The notes beneath the pieces were generated by a model. The model was not told the origin of the DNA. It made no database searches and saw only the letters and a list, made by a program, of their open reading frames with translations. Both the position numbers and the translations under genes were made by a program. From a bacterium (lineage in GTDB: Bacteria; Hinthialibacterota; Hinthialibacteria; Hinthialibacterales; Hinthialibacteraceae), in contig CAXXSM010000125.1 of assembly GCA_963663405.2 (NCBI GenBank), positions 1 through 51,373 on the forward strand: a DNA stretch of 51,373 bases, read 5' to 3'. Shown piece by piece: positions 39,573 to 49,003 of this stretch; the first letter of the stretch is position 1, and each line of letters begins with the position of its first letter.

Positions 39573-41717
39573 ATGAAAACAAATCATTCTTCACGATCGT
39601 TGATGTTTTGGTGTGGGGCGCTGAGTGTTATTTTTTGCGCGGCGCGAGCGGAAGCGTACGTTGGGCCGGGAGCGGGATTCGCCTTTGTTTCTACGTTTTT
39701 TATCTTTTTCATGACGTTCGCCTTGGCTTTCTTGACGATTCTCACGTGGCCGATTAAATGGGTCATCCGCGTCCTCTTTCGCTCGAGGAAATTAAAATCG
39801 AGTAAAGTGAAACGGGTATTGATCGTTGGATTGGATGGACAAGATCCTGAACTCACCGAAGAATTTATGAATCAAGGGCTTCTGCCGAATTTCACCAAGC
39901 TGAAAGAACAAGGCGCGTTCAGCCGTTTAGAGACTACGTTACCGGCCGAATCGCCCGTCGCGTGGTCGACTTTCCAGACGGGATGCAATCCTGGGAAACA
40001 TAGAATTTACGATTTCCTGGTTCCGAATCGCAAGGTGATGGTTCCGGAACTTTCTTCGTCAAGCGTCAGCACGTCGTCCCGGACCTTAAAACTAGGGAAA
40101 TATATCATTCCATTGGGAAAACCGGCGATGACTGTCGGGCGGAAGAGCCAACCGTTTTGGAAGGTATTAGGGGAATATGGCGTAACGAGCACAGTCGTGC
40201 GCGTTCCATTAACTTTTCCGCCGGAGAAGTTCAATGGGATTCTTCTCTCCGCCATGTGCCTGCCCGATTTGAAAGGCAGCCAGGGAACGTTCTTCTATTA
40301 CACAAGCGATCCGGACGAAAAACGGGATTTAACCAGCGGTGAGCAGCTGCCGCTGTCTAGGCAAAATGGAACCGTCAAAGGCGCCATCTCCGGGCCGGAG
40401 AATTCCTTAGTACAAGAGGGCGGGATCTTAGAGGTTCCATTTGAAATCCGTCTGGGCTCAAATGGGAATCATGAATTAATTCTTGATAAAGACCGGTATC
40501 CACTTAAAAAGAAGGAATACACACCTTGGATACAAGTTACATTTAAACCAGGGCTGGGGATGAAAGTCCGGGGCGTGTGCCGGTTTATGCTGTTGGATAC
40601 AGAACCGCACGTCCGGCTCTACATGACCCCCCTGCAGATTGATCCTGAATATCCAGCGCTGCCTATCTCATACCCATACACATATTCCGTCTATTTAGCA
40701 AAATTGCAGGGAACGTTCGCGACGTTAGGCGTGGCGGAGGACACATCCGCGTTGAACGAACGCATCATCGATGAAGAGGCGTTCAAAGAGCAATGTATGA
40801 GCATTCATCAAGAACGTGAAACGATGTTCTTCGACGCGATCGATAAAACGCCGCAAGGCGCTGTCGTTTGTGTGTTTGATATCACAGATCGAATGCAGCA
40901 CATGTTCATGCGTTTTCTGGATGAGGATCATCCAGCGATTGGTGATCTCAACATCGATGAATATCAGGATGAAATTAAAAACCTGTATATTCAGATGGAT
41001 GATTTGGTCGGCCGGGTTATGGACTACATCGATGACGATACGATTTTGATGGTGATGTCGGATCATGGATTTAAGGTTTTCCGGCGGGGATTCAATCTGA
41101 ATACGTGGTTGAAAGACAATGGATTTTTAACCGTGAAAGAAGACGCTTCCGGCGCGGATATGCTGCAGGATGTGGATTGGTCCAAGACAAAAGCCTATGC
41201 GGTGGGTTTTGGAGGGATCTATTTGAATATAGAGGGCAGAGAAGCGAAAGGAATCGTTAAACCTGGGGAAGCGGAAGCCTTGAAAAAAGAAATCGCGGAG
41301 AAACTCCTCGCCTATAAAGATGAAGAAACCGGAGAAACCCCCGTTAAGCAAGTGTATGACCGGAACGAAGCGTACAGCGGCCCTTACGTCCAAGACGCGC
41401 CGGAACTGGTCGCCGGATTTCGTGTAGGATATCGTGTGGCTTGGGAATCCGTGACCGGTGGTGTTGGGGATCGAGTTGTTACGGATAATGCGCGGCCTTG
41501 GGCGGGCGATCATAACATGAATCCGCCGGACGTGCCGGGAATGTTTTTCTGCAACCGGCCGTTCGCCAAAGAAAAACCACGGATTGAAGATATTGGTCCG
41601 ACGACGCTGGATTTATTCGGCGTTCCCATTCCAGCGTATTGTGATGGTGAGTCCATTGCTGTTGATATAAAAACAGAGAAAGAAATATCGGAAGACAGTG
41701 TAGAGGGACGTGAATAG
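39573..41717 (+). CDS. Alkaline-phosphatase-superfamily (NPP/phosphodiesterase-like) protein with a YVGPG membrane anchor
   Basis: GLDG, nucleophile region ESPVAWSTFQTG, DRMQH, SDHGF and GDH; N-terminal signal plus TM helix. Confidence 0.85.
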   Translation: MKTNHSSRSLMFWCGALSVIFCAARAEAYVGPGAGFAFVSTFFIFFMTFALAFLTILTWPIKWVIRVLFRSRKLKSSKVKRVLIVGLDGQDPELTEEFMNQGLLPNFTKLKEQGAFSRLETTLPAESPVAWSTFQTGCNPGKHRIYDFLVPNRKVMVPELSSSSVSTSSRTLKLGKYIIPLGKPAMTVGRKSQPFWKVLGEYGVTSTVVRVPLTFPPEKFNGILLSAMCLPDLKGSQGTFFYYTSDPDEKRDLTSGEQLPLSRQNGTVKGAISGPENSLVQEGGILEVPFEIRLGSNGNHELILDKDRYPLKKKEYTPWIQVTFKPGLGMKVRGVCRFMLLDTEPHVRLYMTPLQIDPEYPALPISYPYTYSVYLAKLQGTFATLGVAEDTSALNERIIDEEAFKEQCMSIHQERETMFFDAIDKTPQGAVVCVFDITDRMQHMFMRFLDEDHPAIGDLNIDEYQDEIKNLYIQMDDLVGRVMDYIDDDTILMVMSDHGFKVFRRGFNLNTWLKDNGFLTVKEDASGADMLQDVDWSKTKAYAVGFGGIYLNIEGREAKGIVKPGEAEALKKEIAEKLLAYKDEETGETPVKQVYDRNEAYSGPYVQDAPELVAGFRVGYRVAWESVTGGVGDRVVTDNARPWAGDHNMNPPDVPGMFFCNRPFAKEKPRIEDIGPTTLDLFGVPIPAYCDGESIAVDIKTEKEISEDSVEGRE

Positions 41718-41759
41718 AACAGTTTTCGTTTCTTCTCGGAAACGTGGAGGATTGGCGTT

Positions 41760-43781
41760 ATGAATACGTTATTGAAAAATCATTTTTGTCGAATGATTTG
41801 TTTATCTATATTAACTATCGCTGTGATGAGCAGCGCAGCGCAGGCGAAGAAAGTGATCGTGCTGGGATTTGACGGCACAGACGCGAATTTGTTGAAACAA
41901 TTTATGGAAGAGGGCGCTCTGCCGAATTTTTCACGATTGGTCTCGTCGGGCGATTTTTCGCCTCTTCGGACATCCGATCCTCCGCAGAGTCCGGTCGCCT
42001 GGTCGACATTCATCACGGGTATGGATCCAGGCGGGCATGGAATCTATGACTTTGTACACCGCGATCCCAAAACATATTTCCCCATAATGTCCATGGCTGA
42101 GGCGGTTCCGAGTGAGCGCACTCTCTCGTTTGGATCGTGGGTGATTCCTTTGACGAGTGGGAAAGTGGAGTCACACCGGCATGGACGGGCGTTTTGGGAA
42201 CTTTTGGGAGAATATGGGATTCCAACGACTGTGTTCCGAATTCCCGTTAATTTTCCACCCACCGAAAACGTGCCGAAGCATAAGTCGTTTTCGGGGATGG
42301 GCACGCCCGATATTACCGGCTCCCCCCGCACTTTCTCCTATTACACAACCAAAATGCCTTCTAACGCGAAGGATTTCAGCGGAGGTAAGGCCTATCAGGT
42401 GCGAGCTGTCGACAATACTGTTGAGGCGAAACTGCATGGCCCTACAAATCCCTTCCGGCGGTTTCCCCAAAAAGACAAACGTTCCACAACCGTCACCTAT
42501 GAAAATCCTGAATGTGAACTTGATTTTCAAGTCTATTTGGATCCGGAAAGAAAAGTGGCTAAGTTTGTTGTCGGCAGTGAAGAATTTATCTTGAAAGAGA
42601 AGGAATGGAGTGATTGGATTCCTGTCACGTTTGAAGGGGTGCCCTATTTCGTTCCCATTCATTCCATTGCGCGCTTTTATTTGAAGGAGATCGCCCCGGA
42701 ATTTAAACTATATGTTTCGCCGCTTCAGATCGATCCTGCCAATCCCGCGATGCCGATCTCGGCTCCGGCTGGTTGGGCCAAAGAACTGTGTGAGAAGAAC
42801 GGCCCTTTCTATACGCAGGGCTTACCCGCGGATACAAACGCGCTCCAATGCGGCGTGTTTGATGGGCCTGAATTTTTAGAAAATCTTCTTTATATATGTG
42901 ATGAAAATTTCAAACTTTTAAAAAATCTTCTCGCCGATTTTCACGAGGGCTTTTTCTTTTATTATTTCAATACTCTCGATCAAGGGTCTCATATGCTTTG
43001 GCGCTATGGGGATAAAGAGCATCCCGGTTTTGTGGATGAAGATTTCATGACCGTTGGAATTAAAGGACTCTACAAAAGAATGGATGAGGAATTGGGATAT
43101 GTGTTGGATCACATCGATAAGGACACGGTTGTGATCGCGATGTCCGATCATGGATTCGCTCCATTTTATTGGGGAATCAATTTAAATACGTGGTTGTATG
43201 ATAAAGGATATATCGCGCGGAATATTACATCTCGCCGGGCGCCAGAAATTTTCCCGTATGTCATTTGGAGAAAGACTAAGGCCTATGCGCTTGGTTTGAA
43301 TGGTGTGTACGTGAATCTGAAAGGGCGGGAGCGGGATGGGATCATATCGCCCGGTAAAGAATACAACGAACTGCTGGATCAATTAAAGGCGGATCTTTTG
43401 GCCATGCGCGATCCGCGCACGGGCAAGAATCCAATCTCAAGAGTTGTTTGTCCCCAAAGAGAGTTCCATGGAGAATACAAAGATGATGGGCCGGATATCA
43501 TTGTAGGGTTCAACCGGGGATACCGGATCTCCTGGGACAGCCCATTGGGGAAATTTCCGAAAGATGAATTTGTGGATAATATCAAAGCCTGGAGCGGCGA
43601 TCACTGCGCTGACAGCCGGGTTGTTCCTGGGATTCTTGTCACCAATCAAAAGATCACATTAGAGAACCCGGCTCTTTACGACGTGACAGTCGCCATCTTG
43701 GACGAGTTCGGTGTCAAACCGCTTCCAGAAATGATCGGGAAAGATTGCTTGGAATCCAAGATTCAAGAATCCGCTTATTGA
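41760..43781 (+). CDS. Alkaline-phosphatase-superfamily (NPP-like) protein, secreted paralog
   Basis: Signal ending AQA; GFDG, QSPVAWSTFITG, DQGSH, SDHGF and GDH. Confidence 0.85.
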   Translation: MNTLLKNHFCRMICLSILTIAVMSSAAQAKKVIVLGFDGTDANLLKQFMEEGALPNFSRLVSSGDFSPLRTSDPPQSPVAWSTFITGMDPGGHGIYDFVHRDPKTYFPIMSMAEAVPSERTLSFGSWVIPLTSGKVESHRHGRAFWELLGEYGIPTTVFRIPVNFPPTENVPKHKSFSGMGTPDITGSPRTFSYYTTKMPSNAKDFSGGKAYQVRAVDNTVEAKLHGPTNPFRRFPQKDKRSTTVTYENPECELDFQVYLDPERKVAKFVVGSEEFILKEKEWSDWIPVTFEGVPYFVPIHSIARFYLKEIAPEFKLYVSPLQIDPANPAMPISAPAGWAKELCEKNGPFYTQGLPADTNALQCGVFDGPEFLENLLYICDENFKLLKNLLADFHEGFFFYYFNTLDQGSHMLWRYGDKEHPGFVDEDFMTVGIKGLYKRMDEELGYVLDHIDKDTVVIAMSDHGFAPFYWGINLNTWLYDKGYIARNITSRRAPEIFPYVIWRKTKAYALGLNGVYVNLKGRERDGIISPGKEYNELLDQLKADLLAMRDPRTGKNPISRVVCPQREFHGEYKDDGPDIIVGFNRGYRISWDSPLGKFPKDEFVDNIKAWSGDHCADSRVVPGILVTNQKITLENPALYDVTVAILDEFGVKPLPEMIGKDCLESKIQESAY

Positions 43782-43821
43782 TTTATTATTGTTGATTTAT
43801 TATTTGTAAAAGGAAAAAAAT

Positions 43822-44013
43822 ATGTTTGGAACGAAAGTTAAACTCGACAAGGAATTGTACCAAAAAGTGAAGATGTACGCGGATTTGGCGGGGTATTCCT
43901 CCGTTGATGAATTTGTTTCGCACGCGCTGGAGAAGGAACTCTCGCAGCTGGATGACACTGAATCGGAAGAAGAGATCAAAAAGCGCTTAAAGGGGTTGGG
44001 GTATATTTCTTAA
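43822..44013 (+). CDS. Small ribbon-helix-helix-like protein with a C-terminal RLxxLGY motif
   Basis: KVKLDKELYQKVK...GYSSVDEFVSHALEKEL; tail EEEIKKRLKGLGYIS; AAGG RBS. Confidence 0.75.
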   Translation: MFGTKVKLDKELYQKVKMYADLAGYSSVDEFVSHALEKELSQLDDTESEEEIKKRLKGLGYIS

Positions 44014-44128
44014 ATCCCGTTTATTTATCATTGAGAGAGGGTGAGCGATGATGCCATCACGCCTGTTTTGTTATGCGGATTCGGTGGATCTCTCGTTTCC
44101 CATACAATTGTGAAGATATGGAAAGGTT

Positions 44129-44959
44129 ATGACACAGCTGGTTCATATACTGAATATCATCTTGGGTTTCGCGGTCGATATCCTCTATCTGCCATTGAGT
44201 GCGCTGGGGCCGTTCTGGTCGCTGACAGTGATTTCTCTTGTTGTCGGAGTCATGATGTTATGGATTTTTGGAAAAGTCTCCGATCAAGATAAGATCAAGC
44301 GCTCCAAGGATATCATTCAGGCGAATTTGATCGCCATTCGTTTGTTTCAGAACGATATGGGTGTGTTTTTCCGGATTTTCGGGCGTGTCTTGCTTGATAC
44401 GCTGATCTATATGAAATACCAGTTGAAGCCAATGCTGGTTATGATTGTTCCCGTAATCCTCATTTTAATCCAGCTCAATTGGCGTTACGGCGCGCGTTCG
44501 TTTGAACCGGGTGAGACACTGCTCGTGAAAGTCAAAGTGACGGACGCGTCAAAACTGAATGATATTTCACTCGAACCTTGCGAAGGTATCGTTGTCGAAA
44601 CCCCCGGTGTCCGCATCGCTCCAGAAAAAGAAATCTCCTGGCGGATCCGGGTTGAGAAGGAAGGCGTTCATACCCTGAAAGTCAAGAATGGCGGCGCGGA
44701 GGTGACGAAAAGACTCATCGCCGGTCCAACGGTTCAAATCCTCTCTCCCCTCCGCACGGGAAAAGGCATGTTGGATCTTCTCCTCTATCCCGGCGAATCC
44801 CCGATTGATACCACAACAGGGATCGAATCCATCGAGACCGATTATCCCTATACAGACGTCCCGATCTGGGGGTGGAAGATCAATTGGTTAATCCAGTTTT
44901 TTGTCCTGTCGATCGCGTTTGGGTATATGTTGAAAGGATTTTTTGGAGTGCATATTTAA
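44129..44959 (+). CDS. DUF106/EMC3/TMCO1-like (Oxa1 superfamily) membrane protein with an Ig-like insertion
   Basis: Amphipathic N-helix, TM1, DQDKIK coiled region, KPMLVMIVP TM2, soluble beta-rich insert, terminal NWLIQFFVLS...KGFFGV TM. Confidence 0.6.
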   Translation: MTQLVHILNIILGFAVDILYLPLSALGPFWSLTVISLVVGVMMLWIFGKVSDQDKIKRSKDIIQANLIAIRLFQNDMGVFFRIFGRVLLDTLIYMKYQLKPMLVMIVPVILILIQLNWRYGARSFEPGETLLVKVKVTDASKLNDISLEPCEGIVVETPGVRIAPEKEISWRIRVEKEGVHTLKVKNGGAEVTKRLIAGPTVQILSPLRTGKGMLDLLLYPGESPIDTTTGIESIETDYPYTDVPIWGWKINWLIQFFVLSIAFGYMLKGFFGVHI

Positions 44960-44977
44960 CGTGGATTGCTAACGATC

Positions 44978-45823
44978 ATGCCGCCGGAAACCTTGTACAA
45001 ATATCGTTGTTGGAGTGAAGAGTGTCATCGTCGATTACTCACAAATAACGAAATTTTCTTCTCTTCCCCTAAACATTTTAATGATCCTTTCGATTCTACT
45101 ATTCCTGTACGATACGATAAACTAACAAAAAACGAATTGCGTGCTGTTATATCGAGATGGTTAATTAGAGAAGAACCTAATCTTAAAAAACATCATAAAA
45201 AATTGGGGAAAAAAATAAATTCAAAAATGAAAGAACTTACTGATCCAAATATATCTTTAGAAAGAATGAGAGAACAGAGAGAATTTTGGAATAAAAAAGT
45301 TGGTATTTTTTCACTTGCAGAATGTAAAGATAATATATTAATGTGGTCTCATTATGCAGATTGTCATAAAGGAGTTTGTGTAGGTTTTGATTATTTGAAG
45401 ATAAAAAAATATATAAAAGATGGTTGTGAAAAGTGGATGCGTTATGAAGCTATAGCATTCCCTAAGCGATGTAATATTGATGTAGTAATCAGTCTGTTTA
45501 AAGTAGAATATCAAAAAGAGTATCCGGTAATCAATCCAGCAGAAATTAGGGATAAAAATAATATTTTTATCCCTATAACTACAAAATCCGACCAATGGGA
45601 ATACGAAAAGGAATATAGGTTGATTTTGGTAGATAGGACAGATTGTATTAAAATTCTTCCAAAGAATACGATCAATGAAGTGATTTTAGGATGTAGGATG
45701 GAATCAAGTCACAGAGATGAAATTAAAAGAGTATTAAAGAAGAAAAATGAGAATATCGAATTATATGAAGCAAAAATGAAAGAAGAAAGTTTTGGGTTGG
45801 ATTTTGAAAGAGTTGATTATTGA
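44978..45823 (+). CDS. DUF2971 domain protein
   Basis: LYKYR, FNDPFD, MWSHYADCHKGVC, KSDQWEYEKEYR and VILG; AT-rich. Confidence 0.85.
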   Translation: MPPETLYKYRCWSEECHRRLLTNNEIFFSSPKHFNDPFDSTIPVRYDKLTKNELRAVISRWLIREEPNLKKHHKKLGKKINSKMKELTDPNISLERMREQREFWNKKVGIFSLAECKDNILMWSHYADCHKGVCVGFDYLKIKKYIKDGCEKWMRYEAIAFPKRCNIDVVISLFKVEYQKEYPVINPAEIRDKNNIFIPITTKSDQWEYEKEYRLILVDRTDCIKILPKNTINEVILGCRMESSHRDEIKRVLKKKNENIELYEAKMKEESFGLDFERVDY

Positions 45824-46019
45824 ATCATATTCCCATCCCTTATTCCATTTAAAAACCAGGATAATCACGTTAAATTAGTTGAAAAAAGTGATGAGCGTAA
45901 TCTATTTATTGTAAAAGGGTGTTTTATGGCTCATCCGATACGTGAGTATGTTTCTCAACAATCCACTCACTTTTTGTGGGAAATTTTGAAGTCCAACGCT
46001 TCTATGCGAGATCCTTATT

Positions 46020-46106
46020 GTCTGAACCTTGATTTACTTGATTCGCTTGATTTTCTTGATTTTTAAATCATGGTAATCCTATAATCATTAGAATCATGGT
46101 TCAGAC
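46020..46106. repeat. GTCTGAA...TTCAGAC inverted-repeat element with internal 9-bp periodicity
   Basis: 14 of 15 terminal bases complementary; CTTGATT four times at 9-nt spacing; related to 159-312. Confidence 0.7.
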
Positions 46107-46314
46107 GATTACGCCATCCTGAACAAAGATCGCAATTCCCCCAAAATTTTTTTTATACTCACTTCCCGGATGAACCTGGAAAAGAATAAAACATTTGGTG
46201 ATCCTTTGCATTGCCTTTGAACATTAAATATGGTAGATTGACCATCGTTTGGCACAAAATACGGCTCGCTTCATACGGGAAGCGGGACAATCAAGAAAGA
46301 AAGGATTACGAGTC

Positions 46315-47004
46315 ATGAAAAACGCCGTTCTTATGATTGCCAGTATCCTCGCCGTTGTATGCCTCGCTGGTCCAGCCCATGCTGGAGATCCGTTCGCTGT
46401 AGGGGAAAAGTGGACGTATAAACACGAAGGCGCCATTCCCATGCGGCCACCTGATACCACAATGTCAGGCGATCGCATCCGTGAAGTCGTTGGTGTAAAG
46501 GGAGAGGGGAAAGAGAAACGATGGTTGATTCTCGAAGCGTGGGGGAATGATGACCAATGGGCCGGAAAACGATACGTCTGCGCCGACCGGATGTACGACC
46601 GGATGGAAGGCGGCGGCGATATGATCATGACCATCAAACCCGCCACCCTTTTTGACGGCTTGAATCTAAAACCTGACGAGGAAAAATCGATTGAATGCAC
46701 GTTCGAGGTTAGCGCGGATATGTCGTTTCCGATCAAATACACGATCAAACGTGTCAAAGACCAAACTGTCAAAGTCCCCGCAGGCGAATTCGAGAATTGC
46801 ATCTGCGTAAAAAGTGAAGAAGCGATCACTTTTTCTCCGCCCAATGGGGGAGATGGAATGACCATCACAACAAAACGCGAACAATGGTATCATCCGAAAG
46901 TCAATGGATTGGTTAAAGAAATCTTTACGATCCTAGGCCCTGGTGGAGAAGATCAAAAAGGAACCAGTGAACTCAAGTCGTATACGAAAGAAAAGAAAGA
47001 ATAA
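46315..47004 (+). CDS. Secreted hypothetical protein (DUF3108-like beta fold)
   Basis: Signal AHA; PFAVGEKWTY, VKVPAGEF and WYHPKVNGLVK. Confidence 0.65.
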   Translation: MKNAVLMIASILAVVCLAGPAHAGDPFAVGEKWTYKHEGAIPMRPPDTTMSGDRIREVVGVKGEGKEKRWLILEAWGNDDQWAGKRYVCADRMYDRMEGGGDMIMTIKPATLFDGLNLKPDEEKSIECTFEVSADMSFPIKYTIKRVKDQTVKVPAGEFENCICVKSEEAITFSPPNGGDGMTITTKREQWYHPKVNGLVKEIFTILGPGGEDQKGTSELKSYTKEKKE

Positions 47005-47028
47005 CCAAACCAGCTTCTTTCACATTTG

Positions 47029-47062
47029 GAAAGGCCGGTTATTCAATAATCGGCCTTTTCTT
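47029..47062 (+). terminator. Rho-independent terminator
   Basis: AAGGCCGGTTAT/ATAATCGGCCTT stem followed by a T tract. Confidence 0.75.
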
Positions 47063-47212
47063 TGATACGTTTAGCGCTGGAATCGTTTTTTGAAAATACT
47101 TTCATATCGATTTTCAACAAGTACTAAATAAATGTAAGGCTGTTTGTAAACTCTAAGATTTAATCAAATACGGCGTTTCTTAATTTCTATTTTTTGATAA
47201 TGGAGGAGGACT

Positions 47213-48794
47213 ATGCGAAGTATATCCATTCCCGTTTATTTCTTGTTTGGTCTTCTCGTGATTTCAATTTCACCATTGATGGCGGAGGATTTATCCGGCT
47301 TGGCGCAAATAAAATCCGGCTGTTCCAAGGCGATTTCATCCGCCCATCCCGATCCAAACAACAACGCGGATCGAATTAAATATATTAAGCCCGGTGAAAC
47401 AAAAGTATTGGCCGATATCACAAGGGCCGGCGGTGATCCGTCATATCTGGCTGACTTTCAACGATGCGCGGCCGAATTGGCTTGAAGCGGGTGGTTCCGC
47501 CCGGCCTGATGAGATTGTTCTGCGTATGTATTGGGATGACAGTGAAAATCCGGCTGTAGAAGCGCCGCTTGGAGACTTTTTCGGCGCAGGATTTGGACTT
47601 CGCCGCGAACTCATTTCCGCGCCGGTCCAAGTGGAAGGCGGCGATGGCTATAACTGCTATTGGCCTATGCCGTTCCATAAACGTGGACTGATCACAGTGA
47701 CCAATGAAGGCGCTAAAAATGTCCGCAGTTTCTACTATCATATCGATTATACCCAAGAGGAAAGCCTCCCAGAAAAAACCGGCTACTTCTGCGCGCAGTA
47801 CAGAAATGAATTCCCGGAAGTGTTAGGAAAGGATTATTTGATTCTTGACGCGGAGGGGGAAGGGCATTATGTCGGTACAGTAATGTCTGTTCGCTCCCGC
47901 AGTCCCTTCTGGTTTGGTGAAGGAGACGCGAAATTTTATGTCGACGGGGATACCAAACCCACTATTCTAGGAACCGGAACGGAAGATTACTTCTTGATGG
48001 CTTGGGGATTGAGCGAACGGTTATTTCCCTATTTCGGCTGCACCTATATAAGCGCTGATTTTGAAGACTTGGGGGTGGAATATTGTCTCTACCGCTGGCA
48101 TATCGCTGATCCTGTGCGTTTTACGAAATCCCTCCGGTTTGAAATCGAACATAAAGGATGGATCACCGCCGACGAAACAGAAAGCGGAGAAATTGAAGGA
48201 CACGTCGAACGGGAAGATGATATGGCGACTGTCGCGTTTTGGTATCAGACCAGCCAACCGAAGCGGTTTACGGAACTTCCCCCACTTGCGGAACGCATGC
48301 TTCCCAACCTTGATATCGTAATTGAAGGAAAAACTATTCTTCCTTCAGCCCAGCATTCCCCCGGCGTTCTCGTTTTGCAGAAAGGATACGACTGGACCGG
48401 TGATGGACAGATTCTCTTCATGCCCGCGAGTGGAGAACCTGTTCTCGAAGTGGAATTCCAGATCGAAAAAGAGGAGTATCGAGGATTACTCCTTCGATGC
48501 GCGTATGCGAACGATTACGGAATCTACCGGATTTTCCTTGACGGGAAAAACATACGCCAACCGGATGATTACATGGCTGGACAGAAATTACACGACTTTG
48601 ATTTTTATTCAAAAGAGATCATAGTAAAGGATATCTATCTCGGCAGTTACACGTTGGCGCCCGGAAAGCATACACTCCGTTTTGAATGTGTAGGGCAAAA
48701 TCCGTTGTCGAGTGGTAACTATTTCGGCCTGGATTCCATCCGGCTCCGTGAACGTTGGCACAAAAAGCGGGAAGCGTTATGGAAAATTAAATAG
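47213..48794 (+). CDS. DUF2961/GH172 glycoside hydrolase family protein, frameshifted near 47420
   Basis: Signal peptide; GPAVIRHIW, LRMYWD, PLGDFF, NCYWPMPF, WFGEGD, GTGTEDYF and YRWHIADP. Confidence 0.85.
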
Positions 48795-49003
48795 AGAAAA
48801 ACAGACTCTTTCGAGTCTCGAAATAAAAGAGATTCATCCGCTAAATGATTACTTATATGTCTCTATCTAGCATTTTACTTGTGTAGCGGGTAGAATATAA
48901 AAGAAAAATGAGACGTTCTTTCTACTATTGGCAGTAGGCAGGGATACCTGTCTCCATATCTGAACAAAACTAAACTCATTTTGGAGAATGTGAAAACCAC
49001 TCG

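Noticed and set aside
44041-44292. 83-aa ORF overlapping the DUF106-like gene start
   Set aside because: Out-of-frame overlap with a better-supported gene and no motifs
45926-46066. Short ORF MAHPIREY...LDFLDF
   Set aside because: Its 3' half is just the 9-bp repeat element; no recognisable family
46250-46266. Possible sigma-54 promoter TGGCACAAAATACGGC
   Set aside because: The -12 element is wrong in sequence and spacing
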